Source: Octopus sinensis (lineage: Eukaryota). Taken from it: a stretch of DNA of 64,000 nt. Made by a program: the position numbers and the translations under genes. The notes under the pieces were generated by a model that was not told the DNA's origin, did not search any database, and saw only the letters and a list, made by a program, of their open reading frames with translations. Shown piece after piece: positions 23,597 to 37,848 of this stretch. The stretch's first letter is position 1; each line of letters starts with the position of its first letter. The stretch lies in NCBI RefSeq assembly GCF_006345805.1, contig NC_042998.1, positions 108,872,001 to 108,936,000 of the forward strand, given 5' to 3'.

Positions 23597-25544
23597 GTCA
23601 TCTATATGCTCCACTATAAAATTTGTTTGGAGATTTCTACTTGCAATGGCGAAAACGACAAAGATCCATACGTTTTCGTAACGTTTACGTCCTTTTGTTG
23701 TGCAAATTTGTATTTTTTCGTGTTGAACTTTCCATTTCCATTCAAGATGAGCAGTTCGAAAAGAAAAAGGAGTGCTCTAACCACCGATAAAATGTTAGAA
23801 GTTTTAGAATACTGTGACAAGTATAGCTCGATGCTATCGCTTCACACTTTGAAATTCCAAAGCAGACACTTAGTGACATTATTAAATACAAGAATAAGAT
23901 AGAAGAGGAATCGAGAAAGAAGTACGCGAGACCAGACACTTCTAGAAAGCGATTCATCGTGATACGTTACGATGATGTAGACCAGGTGCTCATTATTTGG
24001 TTAAGACAATGTTACTATAAGTCGGATTTACGTATTGATGGGGAAATGCTGATACAGAAAGCCGCATATTTTTCGTAGGAATTCAACCATGAAACCATGC
24101 CGAGTACTGCATGGATTGAAAGGTAGAAGAAACGCTGGAATGTAGGAAAGATCCTGAAGTCAGGTATATCAAGAGGTGTGGACCTGTATGTGGTTAAGGA
24201 GTGGAGAGAAGGTGTGATGAACGACGTTCTGACACGCTATCGAAAACGTGACATATTCAATTGTGACGAATGTTACCAGAGGATTATTGTTGAACAGAAT
24301 AACGGGACAAAGCAACTCAAAATGAGAATAGTTTGACGGCTTGATTCCAATATGGATGGGTCTGAAAAAATGCCGCTTCTCACAATAAATAAAAGCGCAA
24401 AACCGCATACGTTCAAGAATCTTCTTGTTATGTACCAGGCGAATAAAAAAGCTTGGATGCGTGGTGACATTTTCGAATCCGAGATTAGAAATTTTGACCG
24501 TCGCATGAGAAGCGAAAATCGAAAATCGAAAAGTTGCTATGATCGTCGACAGCTGCTCAACCCACCCACAAATTGGACTGGAAAATGTCGAGCTGCTCTT
24601 CCTCCCACCAAATACCAGCTCTGTAACGCAACTTATGGACACAGGAATATAAAGAACTTCCACTACAGAAGAATATTGGCTGGCCGACGACTAGCAGCCA
24701 CTGAAAACAATCAAGATTTCAAATGGAACATTCTGGATTGTTTACTGGCTGTGAAATCCAGCTGGAAGATGGTCAAATGGGAAACTGTCCGAAACTGTTG
24801 GAAGAAGGCCGGTTTCGTCAAACAACCAGCGAACGAAAGTGCGGGAGAGACAAGTGACGTTAGAATTGCAGACAATGAAATCCAGGATGACCACACGGTC
24901 TTTCCAAACATTTGGAATTTTTGCCGTTAGATGAATGTGGACATCGATTCGGCTGATGTCAGTACTACCGAGGGTTGGACTGACGAGGAGATTGTCGCAG
25001 AATTGAGGTCTGCAGATGACATATGTGTTGATATAGAGACGAAGCTGGTAATGATGATGGAAATGAGGAAGGTGATGAATCCAGTACCCCTTCCGCAAGT
25101 GGATATGCATATTCCGCCTTGAATACTTAACAACGGTTTCTTCTCTTGGTAGACTAGCCAGAGGCAGAAGACATTTTCGAATGTACTGTGAAGATAGAGA
25201 AACTGATTAACAAGAATACATACACGATTTTGAAACAAAAAGAAAATGACCGATTTTTCCGAACCGAAACCAAAATAAACGTATTCGTATGTGATCGTGA
25301 ACGTCTTCGTATGCATTTAATCTCAAATCTGTCGATTCAATGTGTTGATTTTTATTTAGGACTCGTGGATTCTGAGATTGCGACGTGATACCTTATCCTG
25401 ATGAATCTCATCGTGTACAGTATACTTCGTAGAAGGGTGTGCAGTACAGACGGATTTCACTTCGTTTACGGTTATAACGGACAATCGGATACAACGGACA
25501 AATTTTCCCGGTCCCGAGGTGTCGGTTATATCTAAAGTCTACTG
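23597..25544 (+). mobile_element. Tigger/pogo-like transposon lacking its 5' TIR
   Basis: CENP-B-type HTH from ATG 23747 (SKRKRSALT...), DIFNCDE, MDGSEKMPLL..KSAKPH and ANKKAWM DDE_1 motifs, KQK..TDFF tail. 3' TIR ends AGTCTACTG+TA at 25544. Confidence 0.88.
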
Positions 25545-25910
25545 TATACATACACGCGCGCTTGCTTGCATATTAGAGTCCTCTTAAAATTCGTATTGCC
25601 CCCCACTGGCGCTCGGTAAGGAGTACTTTCTGACGAAAGACTACCTTACCGGGAGCCTGAGGAAGCCACTACGAATTTCATTGGTAGGTATCCATCTTGC
25701 AATGAACACCTGACAATGAGAATCAAGTCGACCTCAGCAACAGAAGACGTATATCATGCAGACATATATCATCACCCGATTACATGTTGTTGGATTCCTA
25801 GAGACTACTTAACAGGCTACCTGGTAGAAATACTCGGTTTGTTGCTACCGAGGCTGCAACAAGTTGTAATAGATTGCATTCTATCAATATCAATAGCTAG
25901 TGACCTGAAA

Positions 25911-26231
<321 letters not shown>

Positions 26232-26277
26232 AGAAGTTAGCTAGCTTGCTTGATGGTTCGCATACTTGTATACATAT

Positions 26278-26510
26278 ATTTCTTTACTACCCACAAGGGG
26301 CTAAACATAGAGGGGACAAACAAGGACAGACAAAGGGATTAAGTCGATTATATCGACCCCAGTGCGTAACTGGTACTTAATTTATCGACCCCGAAAGGAT
26401 GAAAGGTAAAGTCGACCTCGGCGGAATTTGAACTCAGAACGTCACGGTAGACGAAATACGGCTACGCATTTCTTCCGTCGTGCTAACGTTTCTGCCAGCT
26501 CGCCGCCTTA
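26278..26510 (-). mobile_element. tRNA-derived SINE
   Basis: Reverse complement of the 18720 family, near full length. Confidence 0.88.
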
Positions 26511-27043
26511 TACATATGTATACTTGTATACATATGTACATACACACTTCAATATATATATATGTGTGTGCGTGTGTGCGTGCGTGTGCGCGCGCGCGAG
26601 CGTATGTTTTGTGCGCGCTTCCTTGTGTGTGTGTGTGTGTGTGTATGTGCATATGTTTATGACATGTTACTTCTGTCACATAGCCTCACGCTGAGACGTT
26701 GCGTGATACACCACCATATTGACTTTAGCTTCCTGAACTTCTGCGAAAATCTGCTGAAAATAGATATGATCATATAAGTGAAGACCAGTGCAAAACTGTG
26801 ATCTGTAAAAGGTAAAAAAACAACAACAACCATATTTATCACAACACACACATACACACACATATATGTATGTTTGTATGTTTGTACGTATCTATGTATG
26901 TATGTACGTACCTATGTATGTATATATGTATGTATGTGTGTATGTATAGATATATACATTTACATATATACACACATACATGTATATACATATATGAATA
27001 AAGGTATATGTTCCCGTATATGTTTGTGTGTATGTGTGTGTGT

Positions 27044-27081
<38 letters not shown>

Positions 27082-28510
27082 TGTGTTTGTGTATGCATGT
27101 TTGTATTTTATGCTATGCCGTGATTGTAATAAGCAGATCACATTATACGTTTAACATTGTTCTGAAAAGTATACCGTTTTTTATGATTATATTCGCTTCG
27201 AAGTACCTGAACGAAAATAGAACATATGATATCAAAATGCAGAGGTTACGTCTTAAAAGGCATGAAAACTGCATCAATAGTAGACGGAAGGAATAGAAGA
27301 AGAGACGGGCAATAAAAAGAAGAAAAGTGATCAGTAAGTGATGCAAAAAATGAGACATATGGCAGCATATGTGATTGATTTTGATGTAAGTGAATTAGTT
27401 CCTTGAGGGAAAATAATTCATTTCCTCCCTCTAAGAGTTATGCACCTTAAATTTACTTTAATAATATTTTTGAATAAACGGAGTAGTCTGAGGATTGCAA
27501 ATGTTGCAAGAGATTATAAATGGTCGCATTGAAGGATTTCTGGTTCGTATTCCTTTGGTACACGCATATGTGTCCATTCATCCATCCATCCATCCATCCA
27601 TCTATCCATCCATTCATCTATCCCTCCATCGAGTCATCCATTCGTCCATCCATGCGCAGACACAAACATGGGATTAAGAAATTCACTAAATATTCACCTG
27701 GTTTCGGTTTCTTGGTTGAAATTCTAGAATAGAATGGAGCTAACAAAAGTCTTTTCTGTGAAATTTGTTGACGGAAACCGTGCAGAAACCAGTTGTACAC
27801 CCCACTCACACACATACACACACTCGTTCACACGTACACGCAACACACAAATACATATGAGTTTAAATACGTTGTCCTTGTACGTATGTTGACACAGCTT
27901 GTCAAATGTTTCTCTATGATTATGTGAGATATGTAGAAATCGAAGAGTTTGAGTAATGGACTTGAAAAAATATAAACGCGATACATGATGTAATGAAATA
28001 AACCATTGAAAGTGGTGTCCCAGTACAGCAATCCAATGACTAAAACAAGCAAATTGATAAAAAATCATATGTGGTTGTGTATGCATGTGTGTATGTGCTC
28101 TTATGTATGTGCTTGTGTATGTGCGCTTGTATATGTGTGTGGACCACTATGACCATTAATATATATTTATATATTCGTCGTATAAATACATTGCCAAATA
28201 CATGTATACATACTCATACACTCATGCACACTCACACACACACACACACACATTAATATTCATATAAATCCATGGTTCTTGTCTGTGTAAGGAACCAATG
28301 GGTGATTAGCAATAGTGCAAGGCTATGAACTCTGTGTTAATATTAATTTGCAATTTAATGTTCATCGAAGTCTATTATCGTGGGTTGTATATGGATTAGG
28401 TGAGTTGGAATTAATTTCAAAGTAGCAACATTTATTTTCTGTATGCAAATAGTATCCTTACATGTTTAGATCTATCGATGTATGTCTCTGAGTACTCTTC
28501 TATCCATCCG

Positions 28511-28649
<139 letters not shown>

Positions 28650-29039
28650 CAATCTGTGTGTGTGGGTGTTGGTGTTTGTGCGTGTGTATGTTTCATTGAA
28701 TTGTATTCGGGATAAACTTATTTATTTTGAATTAAATTATATTTCTCTAATTATTTGTTTCACTGTATAATGCCTTCTTGTTACACATACTCATATCTTT
28801 CTAAACATTCATCATGAATATTTTAACATCAAGCAACAATTACGATACATCAGCTACAAAAAAAAAAGAGGGAGAGGTGGTGGAAAGCAAAAAATAAAAG
28901 AAACGATTGCAAATATCGTACGTATTTAAACTTGGATAAATATTAGTAGTACATATATGCTGGTTGTAACTTAAATAGAACACATCGGATAAAAAATATT
29001 CCTCGTAGCTGAAGGTTAACTATAAGAGTATCAAATTCA

Positions 29040-29225
29040 TAAATATGTATAAGTTTATATATTTGAAATTTACAGAAAAACAAAAAGCGAAGACAGGTAT
29101 ATGAACAACAAGGTGTATTAGTTTGACACTCGAGAAAGTGAGAAAGTCTTTTACGTTTCGAATCTACGCTCTTCAGCAGAAAGAAATAAGAGAAAATAAA
29201 TAGAGAGAGGACAAAAAAGCTTGTG
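29040..29225 (-). mobile_element. Penelope-like terminal-repeat remnant with a variant hammerhead motif (29148-29183)
   Basis: Minus strand CTTT-CTGCTGA-A-GAGCGTAGATTC-GAAACGTA-AAAG; flanks shared with the 37180 copy. Confidence 0.6.
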
Positions 29226-29242
29226 GATTTAGCGATCAAGCA

Positions 29243-29345
<103 letters not shown>

Positions 29346-29353
29346 TATCTATA

Positions 29354-29406
<53 letters not shown>

Positions 29407-29993
29407 ATGTGCATATGTATATATAAGTTTATATACATATATTGAAATACACCAGCACATATTTATATTCTTTGATGTATTTATAAAAACTGAATATAAT
29501 TGCTATTAGATATTAGTACGTATAATTGTTTTTGCACATATAGTAACATATCGAGAGATTTACTCACTGTTTAATAATATAAACGAAATATTTCACATTT
29601 ACTGAAACTGTGTCTGAATTTTGTATACGAACCTATTTATAGCAAATATTAAAAGTTTAATTACTTTACCCAGCAAGAAGCCTTGTTTCTGAAAATTTCA
29701 TTGCTAGAACAGAGGAAGAACACTTAATTGCATCAATGAAAAAGTTTTAATGAAGCACTTGATTACATAGTTTATATGTGCACAGGGACATAACATGTTG
29801 TCAAAATAACACAAAGAACGGCCTTTATGTGATTAAAAATACGTTAAAACAAATTGGGTAGATTAACTGAATCCGCAAAACATTAGAAGGCTTCTGAAAT
29901 TCGCTAGCTGTGATTCATCATTCATTTTGTCTCTGTTAATTGATAACTAAACTCTAATAGACAATAAAACACTATATAAATCTAGATTGAGTT

Positions 29994-30078
<85 letters not shown>

Positions 30079-31079
30079 TGTGTGTATGTATGTATGTATG
30101 TATGTATGTATGTAGAATAATAAAAAAGGATATTGGTACAGATACACACTCACACATACACACACACATATCCAAAAGGTAATGAGTGGAACAGATAAAG
30201 TACGGGTTATAGTTAGTTGTTTCATAGCAAGCTGAAATCAGTACCATAAGTTGTTACAAACACAAACTAACTTAGATAATCTTTAGATCTTTGTTACATC
30301 AGTATTGTACACATTGCCATTCGGAAACGTACACGTGATTTATTTAACTGGCCTCCTCAGGAAAAATGAAATGATAGAACAAAATCAAAATCAAGATCAA
30401 ATGACCAATAAAAGATTAAGTTAGTGGCCAGATCACCCAAAATGGAAATAAGATATGTGCGGTTAAGTATTCATTAAGAAGGAGAAAGAATGCAGAATGC
30501 TAGGTTGAGGGGGGGGGGAGTGGTACGAGTTGGATTAGCAATAAAAATCCTTTACCCATGGACGTCAAATGGATAATGGGAGAAACTATGCGGATAGCGT
30601 AAGGTTCAGGATGTGTAACTTAGATGAATGATAGGGACACACTGATAACAGGGTAACGGTCATCAAGCAATTCAAGCTACGAATTAGTCTTTACGTTTGA
30701 ATAAAGGATAGATTTTTCATTTATGATGTGTCGCATAGAGAGGTAGTACCTTGACATTTTCGGGTATCTGGAAGTAATACCTAAACGAAAAAGATGTTAA
30801 ATTAAAAAAAAAAAAAAACAAGAGTGCTATCAAGAGTGCTTAGCACAAGGAAAAGAAAAAGTGCTATGTGCAACGAACAATACTACCTTTAAAATCAAGC
30901 AACAATTACGATACATCAGCTACAAAAAAAACAGAGGGAGAGGTGGTGGAAAGCAAAAAATAAAAGAAATTCTACTTTCTCACATTAGTCGAAATCTCAA
31001 GAAGAGAGTTGTTGCGATGAGAATTACGACGCCCCCTTGTGAGAGATAGACTGGTCTGAATAAAGTATAAAGAGTAACG

Positions 31080-31700
31080 ATCCGAGTGAGTTCAAAAGTT
31101 CAGAGTCTGGAGTCGAGTGAAGTTCGTATTAGCTCCCAGTGAAGTCGGGAGGTGTTGGTTGGTTTCTTCATAAGGAATATTGATTGTTGATTCGCAAAGA
31201 GATTTGTTAGTTCGCTGTATTGTTTTTAATGTTGTCTGGCTATCTTATTTATTGTACCTAACAAATTATGTTACAAAAGTTTCATAAAAATTAACTTATT
31301 TACCTAAGTTTTAACATCATCTCCTTTGAAATAGTACCTTGCGCAGCAATACACCGGTCCCAGCATTCCTGCCACACTTTTTCAATTTGGCCTGGAAGTC
31401 GTTTTCCGTAAGCGAATCGAGAACCTTCTGCGATTCACACTGGGTCCCGGTATTAAAATGGCGACTATTGAGCTGTATTTTCATCTTGCGGAAGGCATGG
31501 AAGACCGCAGTTGCCAAATCTGATGAACAGAGTGAATGCGGAAGCGATACCATGTTATTTTGCTTGAGAAATTCACGAGTGAAGAGAACTCGGTTAGCGG
31601 GTGCATTGTCGACACAAACCCAGTTTCGTTGTAGCCACTTACGTAATTGTCCGCAACTCATCAGTGTTATCGTCATAACAAAATATAATTTGCAGAACTA
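31080..31700 (-). mobile_element. mariner transposase 3' fragment
   Basis: VDNAPANRVLFTREFL...SLPHSLCSSDLATAVFHAF..MKIQL...SQKVLDSLTENDFQA; TIR-like sequence near 31082. Confidence 0.8.
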
Positions 31701-31914
31701 TACACGAGAGGATGAGTTGCGGACAATTACGTAAGTGGTAACAACGAAACCGGGCTTGTGATTAATCTTTATATTTTGTATCTTTTCATTTGTCTTGCTC
31801 GCTTACGTTCTGGCGTTTGCTAAATTTACTTGAGAACAATCCTTTCTTAGTGGTAAGACCATAATGGGTCTACTTCTAGCATAATAGATGTTCAATTAGT
31901 GGTCATCCCTCATA

Positions 31915-32115
31915 AAGTTAATCCAAACATGAAAACACAAAGAGAAAACGCAACAACGTGAGGGCGTGAAACAAGAATAGTATTATTGGACGCTCAGGAA
32001 AGAAGGAGGGTTTAACGTTTCGAGCGGAGCTCTTCGTCAGAAACATAGGAAAAGGAAAGATCCAAAGAAGGGAAGACGGAGGAAAAAAATCGCGAACGGT
32101 ACACACGCGGTCATA
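31915..32115 (-). mobile_element. Penelope-like terminal-repeat remnant
   Basis: Contains the intact minimal hammerhead motif and abuts (TA)n. Confidence 0.65.
32010..32044 (-). ncRNA. Minimal type-I hammerhead ribozyme motif
   Basis: Minus strand GUUU-CUGACGA-A-GAGC-UCC-GCUC-GAAACGUU-AAAC: conserved core, 4-bp stem II, 4-bp stem I and palindromic AACGUU stem III. Confidence 0.75.
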
Positions 32116-32133
32116 TATACATATATACATATA

Positions 32134-32197
<64 letters not shown>

Positions 32198-33956
32198 TAT
32201 AGATATATATATATATATATACATATATGTATGTATGTATGTACATATAAATATACATACACACACACACACACGCACATATATATATATATAATATATA
32301 TATGTCTTTCTCCTTTCTTTCTTTCAATCTATGTCTGTGTGCATATGAATATGAGCAGTGAAGTATATTGATGAATTATAAAATAAATCAAAATCACTTC
32401 TATTTGGAAACTTGTACACACCAGCAGATTTATAATTTTTCCTTCCAGCAGAAATAGTTGGCAAAATATTTTGATTTAATTCTTACATGTGAACTTTTCC
32501 GTGATAATTGCTTTTCTTTCTATATTTCAGTTTGCCAGTACTTGTCTTTAGTCTTAATACCATTGTTTCTCTTCTTTTTATTGTTATTAATAATAATAGT
32601 CTGTGTCAATTTTCATGGTTTACTGCAATTACTGAGAATGTTTAAACTAGCGTTCACACCTTCTTACGTGCAAATGTCTTGCTGTCAGAATCGTTCTGCT
32701 GGTGTTTATAGGAAACAAATTATTAGAAAACAAAATTGAAATCTGTGTATGCATAAGTATATGCGTGTCTGTCGACCTGTCTGCTTGCCTGTTTGTCTGC
32801 CTGCCTGTCTGTCTGTATATTATATATGCACGTATTCGTATGTATGTATGTATGTATGTATGTATGTATGTATGTATGTATGTATGTATGTATGTATGTA
32901 TGTGTGCATGTATGTATACAGATGATTCACTAGTTTCGAACGTTCTAATATTCAGGTTTTAATCATCATCCAGTTCAGATGCCCATCCACCGCGTTGCTG
33001 TTCATTGTAACCGTGTAAATACAAGGATTTGATTTCTTTCTTTCTTTCTTTCTTTCTTTTTTCTTTCTTTTTCTCTCTCTCTCTCTCTCTCTCCCCCCTC
33101 CCCCTCTTCTTTCTCTCTGCTGAAATCTGTGCAACGGTTTTTACAAATATATATTATATATTCAGCCATCCCATCATGTTCCTGAAGCATTAGAATTGAG
33201 TTAGTGGTGATGGTAATATTAAATAGTACTGTACTGGTACGCCGCAGTCCAGGGTGATTAATATAATGCGAAGAGATAGAGGTGAATGATAAATAATCAA
33301 GGTGTGCATGGGATGAATCTCTTTATTGCTGCGCAATTTTAAAGTAACGAAAGCATTTTGTGCAACATCTGAAACGTTCTGTTTTAATATATTCTACGAC
33401 AATTAGTAAGAACCGAAAATCAGTGAAGGGTGAATAAGAGAAGATCGGTGAAGGGTGAAATGTAAAAAAATGTGAATGTGTGGAGAAATGACAAGTATTA
33501 ACTTCGGATGCTTTTAAGCCTTGTTATCATTCAGTGCAAAACCGTGTAAATTCCTGTGAATTTAAGGAATAAAATTTATGAGAATGTTGATAAATATTTA
33601 TTGCAACCGTTACTCAGATCATAATGGTTATTATGCTATTAATAAAGCAAAGTACTGCTATTAGGGTATACCTGCAACATACAGTTATGTGGTATAGTAT
33701 TCGTTATCAGTAAGCATTTGGACCTTAACAATTTATCCTATTTGTATATATATGTTTGTGTATGTCTGCCTGTATGTCTGTATGTATGTATTTATGTATG
33801 CATGTATATATGTACGTACTTATACACACACACACATACACACCGTATATACTTGTGTAAAAGTCAAATTTTTCAGAATTTTTCTAATTTATGGGATCGA
33901 CTATTGAAATGGATACTACTTTTGTGGGGTTGATATCCAAGCTACAATCCGAAGTA

Positions 33957-35739
33957 CCGTATCAGCACCAGAAGCCTAACTGGTCTCTAAGCGAATAAAA
34001 CCAAAAATAAAAGGAATCACAAGAATATTACCAATTCTTTTCCTCAAAAATAAACGTCATAGTAAATAACTAAACCTATAAAGAAGCCGCGTAGCTCTTA
34101 TAAATATCTACACGTTGTCTTTTATTTATGTCCATAAACTTAATAGACTAGCTGAATGAAATTAATTTATATCTCGTAATTATGTTATATTACCACTAGT
34201 AACATATCTGCCTAGTACCGACATGCCACTACCAAAATATGAAACAAATATCAAAATAATTAATAATGTCAATAAAAACCAATAAATTGTCAAATTTTTA
34301 TTTAGGCAAAACGAAAAGTAAAGTAGAAATTTACGGTAATACGGCTTTAAATTACAATTACGGTATATGGTACATCTTAAAACCTTTACACACAAAAGTT
34401 CATTAAAATCCTTTTAAAAAATCACACTGTTCATCATCTTCAGCACTGAATAAAGCTTCATAATCATCAGGATGAATGATATCATCGTAAGGATTCTCTT
34501 CATCTTCATCTTCGCTGTCCATAGTTAGAGGCAGCACATCATCCACTTCTTCGTCATCCATGTCATCCCATAGACAATCGTCTTCTGCACCATCCAATAA
34601 CACCCGAAATTCTACATTTCTTCAATGATCTGAAAACTGTTATTTCTTTGCATGAATCAACGATCCATTCACAAATCAGAGGCAGTGATGGATCCCGCAT
34701 ACTACCTCCTTTCGTGTACGTTTCTTCTCCATGACGCATCAACTTAGTCTACTTGATTCTCGTGTTTTTAAATGGCTTATTTATACTAACGTCTGACGAT
34801 TACAAAACACTTGCAAGTCGGTCTGGAATTACAGCCATATCAGTATTTTGTGACTGGAGGCTATCAACAAGATTCTTCACTTGATGTGCCCTAAACTGAC
34901 CTATCACAAGCAAACGATTTTCTTTTCGTAATCCACCAGGTCGTAAATTCCAAACTTTATCTATTTTCTACATCCACCTTCATCCAACCATCCTTGTGGA
35001 TGCACATGGATGACAATTCCTTTAGGAAATTTCTCCTTTGGCACATTTTTGCTCTTAAAGTCAACCATCGGTTTTAACTGAGTACAATCAGCCATACATG
35101 AAAGAACTATAGTCACTTTACTTTTCTCGGGGCCAGTGGTTCTCATGAATACTGTTTTTACTTTTTGTTCACAGTTCGATTCTCTGGCATGTCAAAAGTA
35201 ACTGGCGTTTCGTCCATGTTCCCAATACATGATAATGAATACTCATCTTTCTGTTTATTTCTGATTACAAACCGAGGAAATTCTATTACCTTATCATCCA
35301 GATCAGTAGGTAGCTTTTGTGCGAAGTACTAAGCCATAACGTCTCATGGACATAGTGCACCGTCCAGCACTCGCTTTAAAATCTGAAATTGCATCTTCCT
35401 TTGATTCCATTCTTGTATGAATTCGGATGGCTTCACAAGTAACACACTTTCAATTTTGACGACTTTCAAGTACCCACTCTGCAATTTTTTTCTCCAATTG
35501 TGGCCAGTTACTAGGTTTCCTCTCTTGTCTGAAATTTATTAGATATCTTTCTTCAGTCTCTCTGAAATATAGAATTCTCTTGCTGCAACGCTTTTATTTG
35601 TCTTCTCGGAAACTTCAATAACTTGTAGTTTAAATGCTGCTGTATATTTGTTGTTTTTTCTGGAGAGCATTTGTATGTAAAAGGACGGAGAAATTTAAAA
35701 CCCCCAACTATACGACTGTATTCCACGGGTGCTATACGG
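33957..35739 (-). mobile_element. pogo-family transposon (POGK-like transposase), decayed
   Basis: TIR-like ends CCGTATCAGCACC and GGTGCTATACGG. From ATG 35670: KYTAAFKLQVIE, IGNMDETPVTFD, RTTGPEKSKVTIVLSCMAD, VHPQGWLDE, DVSINKPFK. Confidence 0.85.
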
Positions 35740-36291
35740 AAACTGAGGTCATCTGAGCTGAAAAGAATACTGACCTATTTTTTAAAATCCCGACACTGAC
35801 CTGATATTTTAAAATTTCCGCACCAAATCTTTTCATGGCCCTCTGTTTTCTCACCTACTTCTTTAATGTTTAAATTACCATAGCATTTAAAGCTATTTTT
35901 CGCTGATAAAAGTTGTCGGTTTGACTCCTATACAGTTCCATCGATCATTGTAGCTGGGAGGAACGTTAGAAACTGCTCGTGAAACCGAAACCTGCATTAA
36001 CGCAGAAAGGAATAGCGGTACAAATTATGTTATGCCATGAAACAAGATCTGTAATAAAAATAGATCAGTATGAAACGTTAATGCATTTCGGCCTAGGTGC
36101 TATCGTATTCACGCTCCCGATCAGTTGCCATTTCGCGGAATGGGTTCACCACACAATTCTTATAAGGTAAACAATGTGTCGTGTTCCGTGTAAATCTTGT
36201 CCCCCACAATAATGAAAAAAAAAAGTTGCAGGTTGTCATGTGTAGTTACCAATAAATGTTTATAATATGGTGTAGAGTTGTTAATCTGGAG

Positions 36292-36432
36292 CAGGAATTC
36301 CCAAAGTATATTCTCCAAAACCCCACGGCTCCCTGAAAGTTATCAGGAGTTCTAAGATTCAGGTTTTAATAATCATCCAGTTAAAAATAATGCCGAAGGA
36401 TTCCGCGGCAAAAAAAAGTTTGGGAACCACTG
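36292..36432. mobile_element. hAT/Charlie-like MITE
   Basis: Ends CAGGAATTCCCAAAG and TTTGGGAACCACTG; 8-bp flanks ATCTGGAG/ATCTAGCA resemble the NTCTAGAN target. Confidence 0.6.
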
Positions 36433-37006
36433 ATCTAGCAATTAACTAAATATTTCTAGGCTTACCAAAGTCATGCCTCTGTACGAATTCGTACAGTAGC
36501 GTTTGCTGTTGTTCGCCAATAGTGCTGCCTGTGAAACACGTTTCTTACCATGTAAACAACGAATATATGACGCATGTGTTTATTATGTAACCAGACGAGC
36601 ATATTTGTATTTGAAGATGAGGAAAATATTATGGTCGCATGGGAACCACTGATTTAGCGATTAATTGAATGTTTTTTATGCCTACCAAAGTCACACCTTT
36701 GTACAAATTCAGAGAGTGGCGTTTACCAGTGTTCGACAAAAGTGCTGTCTATGAAACACGTTTCTCACCATGTAAACAACGAGTGTATGACGCATGTATT
36801 TATTGTGTTTGAAGATGTATGAAGGCTTGCAGCATATACTAAGCATAATTTTATTGACGGTGATGTAGCACCCATCAACACATATATAATTATCGCTATT
36901 AAATGACGTTTTACTATAAGGCCCGACTATTTCATTATAAGCACCAAACATTCCACCTATATAGCAGGTAGTGTTATTCGATCGAGAGTTTTTTTGAAGT
37001 GAAGTG

Positions 37007-37041
<35 letters not shown>

Positions 37042-37146
37042 ATACATAAATACATACATATAATATAATATAATATATATGTATATATTATATTATATTA
37101 TATTATATTATATGTCTATATATATTATGTATATACACATATAATT

Positions 37147-37179
<33 letters not shown>

Positions 37180-37182
<3 letters not shown>

Positions 37183-37348
37183 GAAGATTCACAAAAAAAC
37201 GAACGACGAATACCAGTGATGTAGACAACAAACACATGTATTAGTATAACGCTTGGGAAGTGAAAAAGTCTTTAACGTTCCGAGCCTACGCTCGTCCACA
37301 AAAAGGAACACAGAAAGAAACAAGAAGAGAATAAGAAGAAATAAAAAT

Positions 37349-37350
<2 letters not shown>
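37180..37350 (-). mobile_element. Penelope-like terminal-repeat remnant with a degenerate hammerhead (~37270-37305)
   Basis: Same family as 29040; core decayed (GGACGAGCGTAGGCTCGGAACGTT). Confidence 0.5.
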
Positions 37351-37393
<43 letters not shown>

Positions 37394-37529
37394 ACTCATA
37401 TTCTGGATGAAGTGATGTTGGCGTTTGCTGAAGTCATGTGTAGCAGATAGAGACATGGTCATTACTGCTATATATTTGTAGTATAATATCAATTTTTAAT
37501 ATTTTATTTACATGTTATAAATCAGGTGT

Positions 37530-37649
37530 ACTTATTCTCTCGGTCTTCTCGCTAAGTTACGGGGACGTAAACATACCAAAATCGGTTGTCAAGCGATTGT
37601 GTGGGGGGGAACAAACACAGAAACACACACAAATATATACATACATATA

Positions 37650-37702
<53 letters not shown>

Positions 37703-37848
37703 CACATATATACGACGGTGTTCTTCCAGTTTCCGTCTACCAAATCTACTCACAAGGCTTTATTCGGCGCAAGGTGTCACGCAGTGGAACTGAACCAGGA
37801 ACAATGTGGTTGGGAAGCAAGCTTCTTACCATACAGCCACTCCTGCGC
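37530..37848 (-). mobile_element. tRNA-derived SINE with internal (TA/TG)n
   Basis: Minus strand GGCGCAGGAGTGGCTGTATGGTAAG...GGTTCAGTTCCACTG; related copy at ~51850-52100 (+). Confidence 0.75.
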
